Shown here: piece by piece, positions 12,884 through 24,780 of the stretch
Layout: every line of letters starts with the position of its first letter
Position numbering within the stretch: position 1 is the stretch's first letter
Assembly (NCBI GenBank): GCA_000708835.1
Contig: DF237282.1
Span: 37,019 to 101,018, forward strand
From: Klebsormidium nitens
Lineage: Eukaryota > Plantae > Klebsormidiophyceae
Reading direction: 5' to 3'
Length of the DNA: 64,000 nt
Position numbers and translations under genes: made by a program
The notes under the pieces: model-generated
Seen by the model: only the letters and a program-made list of their open reading frames with translations
What the model was told of the DNA's origin: nothing
Databases searched by the model: none

Positions 12884-13037
12884 TTAGCAGACGAGCTGGA
12901 CGCTGTTGCAGCCAATCACGACTTTGTTGAAGGCAGCGCTCGGGAGGCCGTTGCTCTTGGTGGGGCACCGGTAGCCGACCTCCGCGTGGCCGTTGCACAT
13001 CTTGACGCAGCAGCCGTCGTTGCTCGGGGAGTTCCAC
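12884..13037 (-). CDS. Terminal exon of an unidentified Cys-rich protein (WNSPSNDGCCVKMCNGHAEVGYRCPTKSNGLPSAAFNKVVIGCNSVQLVC*)
   Basis: On the minus strand a pyrimidine tract + cccag acceptor precedes the exon. It has 50 open codons with a strong C-ending bias, six Cys and a TAA stop. Upstream exons were not securely found. Confidence 0.5.
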
Positions 13038-13600
13038 CTGGGCAGAAAAGGGGAACCGGGGGATTAGGTGGGAATTGTGGGAACTGGAATTTTGGGGATC
13101 AGGAATTAATTTGAGTGGGGTGGAAATTTGATTTTTAGAGAGGGGAACTCCACCTGGGCAGAAAGGAGGAACCGTGAGAAACAGTGGAAGTGGGCACAGA
13201 GGGAGACGAGGTGGGCACAGAGAGAGACGAAGTGGGCTTAGCAAAGACCGACGATTCAAAAACGAGAGCGGAGAATTCTACCCGGGCAGGATGGCGGGAC
13301 CGGGGATCAGGAAGGGGGGACATGGAAAGGACCGGGCTGTGACGGGACGAACCGGGCTAAGCAACGACCGGCGATTGAGAAAAGCAAGCTGAGCTTTTTA
13401 CCTGGCAGGATGCGCATGTCCAATGGCGGGACCGGGGGACAGGAAAGTGGGCACGAAATTGAACCGGGTTATGACAAGACGAAGTGGGCTGAGCAACGAC
13501 CGGCGATCAAGAAAGCTAGCGGGAGTACCATCTTAGCAGAAAGACGAACCGGAGATCAGCGTAAACGGGTCCCTGCCAGAAAGAGACCGGGGGACCAAAG
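13027..13600. repeat. Degenerate purine-rich tandem repeat with ~110-130 bp spacing
   Basis: Recurrent (ctcc/ttct)acc(t/c)gggcag(aaa/gat)gg...accg at ~13031, ~13146, ~13275, ~13396. Sub-repeats gaagtgggc...agcaacgaccggcgat also recur. Confidence 0.6.
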
Positions 13601-16600
13601 GACAAATCGAGGGTCAGGGCGACTGCGGCTGCGGAGAATGAACAGGGGGATCAGGGGCAAAATCTATTATTGCATGAAATGATGAGAGATCGAGACTGGC
13701 GTCAAAAGGCAAACGAGTTTCATCGGAGAACGGACTCAATGAAAACTCTCGAATCTATTGGAGGGGATGTTTTTCGAAGTGAATCGGCCAGTCAGTGGGT
13801 CTCTGAAAAGGATCACAGCGTGGAGCTACGACAAAGAAACAGCTACCGCCGATTGTTTTCACTGGCGTTACAAACCACAGACTGCGCTGGACCCCACAGT
13901 CTAGTTGGTTATGTCACCGCTCATCTTTCATCACCAGCCAGATTTTGATCCAGATCGACGACTCATCGAGAATCTCACCATGCAACGTGTCACACCGAAG
14001 CACCATCCGCACAAGAGGGGAGGTGTCGTTTGAAGTAATTAATAACATCAAGATAGTTAAAAGGATTGATGAGCAAGCTTGTCTACTTCTTTTGGAATCC
14101 AACGACACGTCCTGGCTGCAAGATACCACACGGGGCGAGTCCGACCTTGACATGACTGCCGAACAGAACACGATGTCCGGAATGAAAAGAGTTTGGTAAA
14201 GCTTTCCCGTTCAGCAGGAACGCCAATGTATCCAACGCGTGCTTAAGCTTATGAGCAGACAACACGAGGAAAGACACTTCGAAGGCGTCAAATTTTGCTG
14301 CTAAAGCTTCGAATCACAGGATGAAAGCGTCCCATGAACATTACGAGAAATTCATCGCCACTATGTTGGTTTTCCAGGTAAGCTTATCACAGGGAGAAAG
14401 CTTTGAAGATGATGATGAACCTGGAATGCGTCTAATATTTACACTACAGCTGCGGAAAGTCCGCCATTCTGCATGCATTCAGACACAGGCACAAGCAACC
14501 TGCAGCGCCGAACTGACAGAACCCGTCGAAGGAGAACGTGGACCAAATTCGGCCTTTTCGAAACCCCCACCATTTTGTACCCAGGACTGCGCACAAGTGT
14601 ACCTAGCTTCTCCCGGCCGCACTGACTTGGGGACCAGCACTTCCCCGGTACCTCCCGCAGACCACAGCCGTTAGTAGTTCAGGTTCAACGTAAGTACCGG
14701 GTACGATTTGACCAAAATCAGGACCCCGGACTCAGCAACCCGGGTGGCGGGCCCACCCAGGGTCGAGAGGGTACTAAAGCTTGGCAGGGTCTAAAAAGTG
14801 CAAATTTGGTCCACGTTCTCCTTCCACGCATTCTGACAGGATCAGACACAGCAAGTGCCCGCTTACGACCATATGCCAAAACTGCGCCATGAACGTTAGA
14901 TCGCACTAGTACCAACTTACAACCGAATTCACTTTTCTAGCAGGCTATCAGAATCTTCGGTTTCCAAAAGGAGGGCAACGCAGGACCCCGCCTTAGATTT
15001 GAATTCTGTCACTACAAGCGCGTTGAAGTTGTAATCCGCCACCCTGTTTCATTGAAACTCCGGCGCGCTTCATTGGCCACTTTCAGGCGACCGAAGTTGA
15101 ACAATCGGTGTTCCCTGGCCTAAAATCATGTTGACATTGGCTACCGCAGTTGATGATTCTGAGAACGGTGACTCGATTCAAGCAAGCCGTAAGGTCTCTG
15201 CATTCAATTTGAGAACCTTTTTGAGCGAACACTTACTAGGCAACTGCATACTGTCTGGTCACAGAAAAGCCGGCCGGGCATCTCAAGCTGACTAGGACTT
15301 AAAAAAACAGATTCTAGTATGCTCGTCGAACTTAAAGGCGCACTATGTGTAATTGAACCTCGAACGGAGGGCATCATTCAGAACTTTTGATGAAGCTCGA
15401 TTGAAAATAACGCGTCCCGTGCAGATACTGTTAATCGCCCATAAGTGGAGTGTTTTCAGGTTGGACTCGAAGGAATGAAGAGGAAAGAAGTCCCGATGAC
15501 GTCGACGAGGGTAGTTTTGGAGAAATAGAGAAGAACGAAGCTACTTGGAAAAAGCACAGGCCAACTCGATCAGGGACAAGCTGAAGCATTTACAAGAGAA
15601 GCTTCGCGTAGTACAAAACCAACAAGTGCTGTCGATAGACTACAACAAACGGTCGTTTCGTCCTTGCTTCGTTCGAGCCCAGCAGGCGGGAGTCAGAGCT
15701 ATACTGTCGACTTGCTGTGAGATCATTGCCTATCTCCTGGAACGTCTAAACTTGCGGATTGAGTATTAATAGGGTATACTACGACTATTGGACAGCACGT
15801 CAAGGGTATCCAACCTGCACGAATAGCGCGCTTTATCGAGCCGCTAATTCGGGTTGCCTTCAGGGAAGTGGGACCCCATATTTGGAGGACTTTTGACATA
15901 TCCTTGACAACTTTTCGCAGATACTAACCTGCGGCCTGCCAGTGTCTTTCACGAAGATAGGGTTGGGGGTTCCGCGCCAAACCCAAGTGACCGATCGAAC
16001 CCATGTGTATCTGTGGATCTCATGCATAATCAGAAGCTTGAAGCGTTTCATGAAACAATATTATGGACAGATGCGCAACGGACTATTCATTGAATGATTG
16101 GCAACCCTGAGAAGTCGTGATATTGGCCGTGGATGAAGGCTAGAGAGCGCAAAGGAGCCAGCGTACTTCATTGTGATAACGATGAAGAAGCATAGCGAAT
16201 GAACACGCTAAAACCGTTTCGAAGATGGCCGCGCCTGAGTGCTGGATACAGGAAATGCTTTAGTAGTTGGCCACGACAAAGGACCGTAAAGCATTTCTAC
16301 AAGCACGTCAGAGTGTGAGTCAGCCTATCCAAAGCTCTTAAATCGCCAATGCCCCGCCACCCCCCCGCGGGCCGCCGAGCGGACGGCCGCAGCGCCCACC
16401 GCCAGCTTTGCGCGCAGGTGCCTCTGGTCACGCAGCAATCTCTGCTCTTACGTCTTTAGTTAGGTGCCAACGGCCAAGCCGGAACTAGCAGACATGATGA
16501 TAAACTGGGACAGCGAGACGGCTTCACTCTGTCAGCTGACCAGGCTCCGGATAATGAGCACCGCTTTCGCTCACGTCGCCCCCCGAGTGGGCTCGCGACA

Positions 16601-18498
16601 GTAACAGATAGACTGGTGGGCGATCCGGGTAGCAGGAAGTCCCGTAATTGACTTGCTCTATATGTTTGAAGTACATCCGCCTTGGGTAGGCCTCTCAGCC
16701 ACTCAATTGAGTACGTATCAGAAACGTCAGGCCCAGTGATCTGCCGCCGAAAGGTCGTTTTTTCAAAGAAGCAAAGAAGCAAAACCTGTCTTCCTTATCG
16801 GTCGCATGCCGAAGGCATCTGAAAGACCACCACGGTGGTTACGAAAGGCCTTTCGTGAGAAAGTTGCGACCAAGAATGTCTCCGCAAACGACCAGCACAT
16901 AAATCGAGGCGCCAGCTGCAATGTAATCAATGCTTGATTGAGTACATTTTCAGGCACTTCTGTGCCAAATCTACGTCAGGGGTGCGCACTGTGCTTATTC
17001 TGAAGCGCCGGGGCAATTACAAGCGCGGCTTAGGGTTTGGAATCCGGTGATCAGTGATCCTTTCGATTAGGGAAGTGGCTCGGGGTTCTCTGAACCAAGA
17101 GTCGTTGCGCATGGACACATACTCGAGCTAAGCTGACGCTGACATCCATCATGATCACGAGCATGATAAGCGCTCACAAGCATGCATTAAGCTGGTCAGG
17201 CTAGACGCATGCATGATGCGTTTGCGCCAAACTTGCCGTCCCAAGCTCAATCAACATCTGAAAAGCCAGTGGCGTCAGATTTGCAAAGTGCGCTCAAGTT
17301 CACTGGGCTCAAGCGTCCCACGCCATAGCAGGTCTTCACTGCCACAGATCAGGGCGTGGGTGAAAATCAAAAGATGTAAAGTCAGTCCGGTTCCTCGGAA
17401 GTTCGCAGCCAAGCGCCAACTTTTAAGTCGATTTGGATCCACTTCCGCCTCTTCGAAGGTTAGACGCGCCTCCCTGAAAACCACTGGCAACTCCAAACAG
17501 AGGCAATGACCGCGAGCCCTACAAAACGAATGACGAATTTGTATCTGCGGTGTGAGTAAGCTCCATTAAGGTGTCCATGAAAAGGCTCGAAGTTCCTGCC
17601 TGGGCAAACGCGCCATCCCGTAATGTATGCGCGCGCATGTTCCCGCCACTGGGCCCCGATGCAAGCCATCCCGGCCCAATCTTACTTGCCAAAGCAATTG
17701 GGCTGGCAAAGAGATGAGGGCTAGCTGGGACCGCACTGACACAATCAGAATCACTTTCTTTCCAGTACTCAACCCCGACCTTCTAAAACATACATGTTAG
17801 GCTTGATAGGAGCGGTGTCAAAGTGTGACGTGTCACGTGAAGACGCGCCGAATCCGCCACGCGGAATTCAGGAGCGGAATCCCCAGTGTCGGTGCAACCT
17901 GGCCGCGGCCCCTGGCGGCGGAGTTACGTCGATCAGCAGCCAGGTAAGCGTTCACACAAAACATTCCCCACCGCCACAGTCGATTCTCAAACACGTCCGA
18001 TCTTTAACAACAGTAGCTGCCAACATATTGACCTAGCGGGGGCTCCAATCTGGTGACCATGAAAGCTTCCCCGTCGCTTCCGCTCAAAAACCCAAAACGT
18101 ATCTGGGATCTGGGGTGCAGTTGGAGGCGTCAGAAACAGAAACTTGAACAGATTTGTTAGCCGATGAGAAGAAACGTAAATTCTTGGGTGCGTGTTTGAC
18201 ACACATATACTTTGTCAAAGCCAATGGTACAATGGCCTCGGTCGGGTGCGACAGAGCTGCTTTGGGAACCGACAGCTTCCCGTGCAGGTGACGTCGTCAC
18301 TGCCAGATTGCCTCAAAGCTGCCGGGAAACATCGGTTCAGCGTACACGCACATCAATTCAATGAACCATGAATTTCTTGAAGAGCGTTGGCCACATTAAT
18401 ACGGTCTGCCTCACACGTCAAATCGAAGCACAAAACCCTAAATAAGTTACTGAAAGACACTATTTAACGCCACGCGTCTCAATCACGTCTCGCCTGAC

Positions 18499-20232
18499 TT
18501 GGAGTGGCTTGCGAATGCTTTCGTGGCGGAGAGAAAGATGAAGATCGAGCAAGCGGGGGACAGCACCACGTGGTCCGCTGAGACGAGGGCGACGTTGGAG
18601 GCGGACATCCGCCACGCTTTCTTTGAAAGCAAGGCGAAGGCGGACACGCTGCTCGGCAAGGGAGTGGTTCGCCCCCTCTTCGACCCAGACAAACCACCAA
18701 GGTTAGATTCCTATTCTCCTCTATGGTAAGGCCTATGGCCCCCCGGTTAAGTTCTGACGAGTGTCCGAATGCGGTTGAATTGGAACAGGACTAGAACTAA
18801 GTTGAGAATTCTGGAATCCCTGGGATGGCAGGCTTCGCTCGATTCATCACTTTGCCGAGCAACAGAAAAGTGTTCCCTCAGTGCTCGACAGCGAAGTAGA
18901 AGGCAGGGACCACTTCGAAGTAATTCGACTGACTAAATGTCAGAGCCCTGTGGCCTAAACCTCAGATTAGCGGATTGAACCTAAGAATCGAGGTCGGTTA
19001 AGATCTGGCTGTACGAGCCGTTAAGAAAGTTCGTTAGGAACAAATTCCAGAGCCCTCTGGGCACAGCCGAGAAAGTGCTGACTCGAAGTAGTCCTGAGCA
19101 TGTTGCTCGGCCATGTGCGCCAACATGACGTCACCTGTTGTGGCTTAATGCCGAGCCCTGTGGGCATGACTGTGAACAGAATTGCTTCTTTAGGAGAATT
19201 AAGGGCAGAAGGCCCGGCCATGTGAGCCATAATTGGGTATAAACGCCTCTCGAGATGTGAGACAAGCCTATAAAAGGCAGGCATGTGTCCTAATGCCGGT
19301 TGTGCCGGCCTGCAGGAGGAGCAACAACAAGAACAACCAGGGCAACTGGAACCAAGGCAACTGGAATGCCCCGCAGGGCGGAAGGCAGAACTTCGGAGGC
19401 GGACAAGGTGGCGGCCGCGTTAGGTTTGGCCGCGGCTTCGAAGGAGATAGAGAAAATCAAGGAGATCAGGGAGCGGGACAAAATAGAGGCAACAGGTAAA
19501 TTGCTGAGTGGTCATAAGTTCAGGGCCACGTGAGCGTGACGTGCTTCTCAGAAAGAACTTACAAATTTAGAAAAGTACCAATGCAGGCAAGCGAGAGAAC
19601 TTTAAGAGTTCGAGCTGGAGAACTTTTAGTTAGTCGAACCAATACCTTAGTCCCTGCTAACAAGCTGCTTTAAGAAAAGGATCCGAATTTGTTTTTGAAG
19701 TCCGCTCTGGTCCTTTCGAGGCGAACCCCGGCGCATGTAATCTAGAATTCTAAATGTGTCACGTGTACACTTTGCTTCAGAAATGAATGGGCTTGAAAGG
19801 AGTTCAGTTCTGGTAAAGTACCGACATGAGTTTCTATGCACGACCTTCGAATTGCTGATGCATCACCGTCGTGATGGCAGCAACTCACCGCCTGTGACGT
19901 CAGCGGCCGCGGCGCCGCCCGCGGCGGAGCCCTGTGGGCCCGACGCCGAGCGAAATTCGCTGGCCCAACTTGAAGCTGCGCACGAGTCCTCAGAAGTTGC
20001 TCCAGACTTCGAACCTGCTGGAGACGCTGGGCACAGCTTCGAGTCCGCTCCTGACGAAATAGATCTCGACGCTGATCCGTTAACCAGCGTCGGTAGTCTC
20101 TCAGATGCGTCAGATTGGGACTTCGAGTTCTTCTCGTCTCGTTTCACGCCACGTGTCGCGGCGGCCCCGGACGCGGAGCAGCTCGCCCGCGACCTGAGGT
20201 CCCTTCTCACGGAAATAGAAGCCGGGCCGTAG
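18499..20232 (+). CDS. Putative gag-like ORF of the DIRS element, in three segments joined by putative introns
   Basis: Segments ~18454-18701, 19316-19495 (N/Q/G/R-rich, RGG-like) and 19881-20232. All join in phase 2 at GT/AG sites and end 10 nt before pol. No start codon was found at the 5' end. Confidence 0.45.
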
Positions 20233-20241
20233 ATTAGCGCG

Positions 20242-22615
20242 ATGCAAGAAGAAGAGCTGTCCGCGTGGCTTAAGTCAGTTGAGGAGAGGGTGCACCCGGT
20301 GGAGAGTTTCGTGGCGGGCAGCTTTGGACGACATCTCCCCGTTTGGGAAGAGCTGCTCAAGGATTCAACGCGGCCTGCTTTGAGAACGGTCCTGTCTTGG
20401 TTACGAAACGGCATAAAGCCGTCTTTCGCCGGCACAGCCCAGTGTGATCCCAAGAAACTCGAGAAGGTTCGCCTTATGCTCAGGAGAACGCACTATAAAC
20501 GGGCGCCCTGTTCAAGTAGCAAAAGTTCAAGTTCTTATGCTGCTAGAATTTTCGTTGTTCAAGTCGCTATATTGCTGAAACGACCGGTTTTTTCTTTGTT
20601 CTAGTTGCATTCCTACTAGAACGTCCGGGGTTCAAGTCGCTTGTACCCGTTCAAGAGGCCATTCTGCTCGAACAAGGTCGAAATGCTTGAACATACTTGA
20701 ACGTCCGGTTTTCAAGTAGCTTATGCTGCTTGAACAGCTACTTGAACGGGGCCTTCGTTTATAGTGACGGTAGGGGAAGCGAAAGTCGAAGAGTGGCTCT
20801 TCGGGGATGTGCCGCATCCTGTAGAGTTCCACAACCACCGCTCGTTTTACGAGAACGCGGAGTTCGGAATCCAGACGGTGGGCGAAATGTTGGTTAACGG
20901 CTCAGTCGAGCTTTGCGCGCCAGGTCAGCGCAAACTGAAGGTAGTTAACCCCCTGGGAGTCGTCAACCTTCCCAAAGGACGCCTAGCGCTAGACGCCGGT
21001 TACGTAAACGCCTTCTCGAAGCCGCACCCGTTCAAATACGAGACGCTCCGCGCCATCCTAACCTTTCTGGCTGCCAACGGCTTCTTCTCAACCTGGGACT
21101 TCAAGGCGGGCTACTACCACGTGCTTATCCATCCCCGCTTTCGGACTTACTTCGGCTTCAAGATTGGCAAGGCCTACTTCCAGTACAACGCCATGTGCTT
21201 CGGGTGGTCCGAAGCCTGCTTCGCCTACACGCTCATCACTCAGGAAGCAGCCAAAGAGCTCCGAGTCAGGGGTGTCCCCGTTTCGAGCTACCTGGACGAC
21301 GGTCTAACCGCCAATCAGAGCTTTGCTCTGTGCCTGTGGCTTATCGTAGTGATCGTCCGGTTCCTCACCCTTCTCGGGGCGGTCTTTAGCCTGTCCAAGT
21401 GCAAGTTCTGGCCGTCCCAAACGGGCGACTGGCTGGGATTCGTGGTCGACACTCAAGCGGAGCAGTTCAAAGTTTCGGAGGCCAAGTTAGCCAAAGTGAA
21501 GGCGGTCTTAACCGAGCTCGTCAACGCAACGGAGGTCAGCCCTCGCCTCCTTGCGAAGGTCGCGGGAAAGATCATCGCGATGGGGCCCGCGGTTCTGCCG
21601 GCCTCCCTCTTTAGTCGGCCTCTGTTTCAGGCAATGCAAGGACGCATTTCCTGGGATGCGGTTTTTCCTACGCCTGTGGCGGCCAAAACCACCGCCAAGC
21701 TCTTCCTGGAGCGTCTCGACGGCTGGAACCGTCGGAAGACGCTGGTTCCCCCGCCGAATCCTGATCGAAGCATCTTCCGATGCATCCGACTTCGGGTTTG
21801 GGGGATCCCTTCACCTCGCCGGCAGCCCCCCCTTCCACGTGGCAGGATCTTTGACGGAGGCGGAGGTCAGCCAATCAAGTACGGCGCGCGAGATGATTGG
21901 CTTCCTTCGAATCCTTCAGCAGGCCGTGCTCCACCACCGCCTTCTCCTCTCTGGGGCTGCAATTCTGTTGATTGGCAACAATCAAGGCGCGGTGGCGGCC
22001 GTCAACAGTATGAGGAGCCCAGCGCCCGACGTCAACGCTGCTCTCCAGGAAATCTTCGCGTTATGTTCTGAAGAAGATTTCGATGTCCTGGCTCAGTGGA
22101 TACCCCGGCGGGCAGAGCTGGCTGTGGAGGACGCCCTTAGTCGAGTTCCAGACGCTTCGGACTGGGGACTTGCCCCGACTGCCTTGAGAGCCGCCTTCTC
22201 GCTCTTTGGCCAGCCAGATGTAGACCTCTTTGCTTCTGACACGTGGCACGTAGCAGAGCGGTTCGTGACCCCGCGCTATATGCCGGGCTGCTGTGCAGTT
22301 GACGCCCTCCGAACGGACTGGCGGACTCTCGTGGAGCGAGGCGAGACGGCGTGGATATTCCCGCCGCTGAGAGCACTGCCTGGTGTAATTCAGTCACTCC
22401 GTAACTTCAGGACGGATGCGATACTGGTAGTTCCAGAGGCGACCACCACTAATTGGTGGCTGGAATTAATGCACTTAGGCAGCGGCGCGATCATGGCGGG
22501 TCCGCTCGAGATCGAGCGGTCCACGGATGCGTGCACCCCAAGCAGGCGGGTGCCTGCTGGAACCGTGAATCCCGCATTGTATAAGCTCAGAGTATTCAAA
22601 ATAAACTGGAAGTAA
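20242..22615 (+). pseudogene. DIRS pol: reverse transcriptase + RNase H + N6-adenine methyltransferase-like domain, disrupted
   Basis: RT motifs: LALDAGYVN, STWDFKAGYYHV, YNAMCFGWS, SSYLDDGL, WLGFVVD. RNase H motifs: SDASDFGFGG, STAREM, DALSR. MT motifs: DVDLFAS...VDALRTDW...WIFPPL...AILVVP...WW. Interrupted by a 276 bp CACTA insert and a frameshift at ~21727-21742. Confidence 0.88.
20491..20766. mobile_element. Non-autonomous CACTA (EnSpm) element, 276 bp
   Basis: Starts cactataaacg and ends cgtttatagtg. The 3-bp TSD ACG lies at 20488-90 and 20767-69. About 10 subterminal gttcaag/cttgaac repeats occur, mostly in opposite orientations in the two halves. Excision restores the pol frame (LRRT|VGEAKVEEW). 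Confidence 0.92.
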
Positions 22616-22921
22616 GACGTGCAGGTAGCAGGAACGCACGTAAGTGACATGAAAGTGATTGAAAAACTCGAATGTAACACGCAGTTGCAGCATCCTGACA
22701 AGAGGACGTTGTAGGTCGAGATTCAGTGACGTAGACGTCTTGAAAGACTTGAGGAGATTGTCATAAGTAATTGTCATCAGAATTGTATGCATAAATAAAA
22801 GGCGGCGCGCGCATGAGCACCACCTGTGCAAGCAAAGGCAAAAGTATATGTCACGGCACTCAGTCAATTACGTATGCGTCAGGTTAAATCGTTTGTTGAA
22901 AATATGACCACCGTTTGGCAG

Positions 22922-24082
22922 TCAAGTTGCAGAATCTCTCTGATCGGTACAGAATTCTCTACTTGCGTATAATCGGAAGGCGGCATAACCTTTCCACCGT
23001 CCTAACTCCATTAAGTGCTTAACACTGTACTTCAGGTTTACCGCCGCATGCTGAACGGCTGATCGACGGAAAGTATGCACAGTTTCCCCTTCGAACAGGC
23101 CGGCTTCCTTGAGTCGCTTCTGCAGTCTCTTCCTCAGAGTGTCGCTGCTCATTGGCTCGTTAACGAAGCCGGTCCGGCTCCTGTTCATGGCCCGGAACAG
23201 GAACCCATCCCCTCCAACCGGATGCCCTCCTTCTTCCATACCGAACAGCAGCGCCTCGGCAGCCTCCACAAAGGTTAGCCGGATCTGAGATTCCGGCACC
23301 GCCAGCGGAATCCGCGCGCTGGGCTCCTGCCGGACTGTCTTGCTCCAACCCGGGTAAGCCGCCTGCTCTTCCAATTCCACTTGCCGACGCTGCAGCTGTC
23401 CGCACTCCTTTCCGCGGGCAAGCGGCTCCCAAAGGTATAACACTGCAGCCTGGTCTGTCAGCATGACGCACCTCTCTAGCCCAGGGGAACTCGCCTGGAT
23501 CAGTCGCGCAAGGTGCGCCAGCAGCGCGTCCAGCTTCGCCTCTGTAAAGACTTTAGCACGCTGCACCCTCACCCCCTGTTCGTGCAACAGTTTCTCGTAG
23601 CCCACGCGGAATGACTTCACCACTTCGGCTTTAGCAGGATTATTCCGCCCTTCGAAACCGAGGAGAGAGTAGGACTTCGATAAGTCCTTTACCACGTGGG
23701 TCACAGCAGACGCTGACGGACTGGTCTCCCCCGTCCCCGGCAGCTTGGTCCTACATCCGGCCCTGTGATTGGGAATCCAATCCCCCATAATGAAGGCCCC
23801 TACGTCAGCGGCCGTGGCTGTCTCAACCGTGACTCCGAAGGCGTTCCGCGCTAAGAAATCTTGGTATTGCTGGAACGTCCGCTTAAGGCTACTGTTGCTG
23901 GCTTCATTAACGCTCTTCTCGGCAATTTTTCCGAAGCCGGCGAGCGCCCCGTCGTAAAACCGTTGTGTCTGCTCCGCGCTCATCTGTCCGCTTGCTTCGC
24001 AGGTTCCACCCAAGCTCACCCCACGAATGGCTCGCAGCTGTTCCTCGCATCTCCGTTGGAAGCCCAACCTGCAGAAAGACAC
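22922..24082 (-). CDS. Tyrosine recombinase of the DIRS element, convergent with pol
   Basis: 386-aa ORF with catalytic-type residues in order: R (LARGKE), K (WSKT), HxxR (HTFRR), W (GRW), Y (FRLY). The true start may be the internal MSAEQ. Confidence 0.88.
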   Translation of the reverse strand: MSFCRLGFQRRCEEQLRAIRGVSLGGTCEASGQMSAEQTQRFYDGALAGFGKIAEKSVNEASNSSLKRTFQQYQDFLARNAFGVTVETATAADVGAFIMGDWIPNHRAGCRTKLPGTGETSPSASAVTHVVKDLSKSYSLLGFEGRNNPAKAEVVKSFRVGYEKLLHEQGVRVQRAKVFTEAKLDALLAHLARLIQASSPGLERCVMLTDQAAVLYLWEPLARGKECGQLQRRQVELEEQAAYPGWSKTVRQEPSARIPLAVPESQIRLTFVEAAEALLFGMEEGGHPVGGDGFLFRAMNRSRTGFVNEPMSSDTLRKRLQKRLKEAGLFEGETVHTFRRSAVQHAAVNLKYSVKHLMELGRWKGYAAFRLYASREFCTDQRDSAT

Positions 24083-24135
24083 CCCACGGTTATCTCCAAT
24101 AATTGTCGTTTGGGCAAACGATTGTCTTTTTGGGG

Positions 24136-24268
24136 CGGCGTTTCCGGCACTTCAGAGGCGCTTTGCAGCCGTCCGGGCGCCCCCCAACCGTCCCCGAAGG
24201 TTGATATTGAATGGATCTGACAGGCTCTGTCTCTGTGATTGGTTGGAAAAGTGTTCTTATGATTTTAG
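24136..24268 (+). repeat. DIRS terminal direct repeat, copy 1 (B1-like)
   Basis: cggcgtttccggcacttcagaggcgctttgcagccgtccgggcgccccccaac...gttggaaaagtgttcttatgattttag is near-identical to 24781-24915. Confidence 0.9.
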
Positions 24269-24780
24269 AAGACGTCTTCTTCAAAGAGAAGAAGACGTTC
24301 TGCTAGTTCTTCAAGATTAACACAGAGGAAGCGCCCGTGGCGCCTCCTTACTTAGCTCTACGCTTCTTTCAAAGAAGTTCCGCTTCGACCCAGCCCACCC
24401 ACCCTGAGTCGAATATCATACACTAACCCCTTACCTGGCTTCTGCCAACCCGCCGGTTTCTGTCAACGCAGACTCCATGCCTCCCGGCGCCTTCTCTGCC
24501 GCCGCCTTCACGAAACTGCCCCGAAACTGCCTTCCATTCTGTAATGGACGTCTAACGCCCTGGCGCTTCGCTCGGCATCTCACCGCGCGCGCCCCAACCC
24601 CCCCAACCCTGTTTCACCGCGGTCAACGAATCCCGACCGTCCATCCGATCTCCGCAGATGTCGACACCATTCAATATCAACCTTCGGTCCGCGGCGACCT
24701 TCTGCGTCACTTTATCCGCAGCGGTCGTTGCAATCTTCCGGACGCTCATACGCTTACCTCCGGTGCCCCTATGCCTTACC

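Noticed and set aside
13670-14300. Several short + strand ORFs
   Set aside because: Fragmented, with no recognisable domain or consistent splice model.
15545-15769. Coiled-coil-like ORF as a possible LINE fragment
   Set aside because: No endonuclease or RT motifs nearby; cannot be supported.
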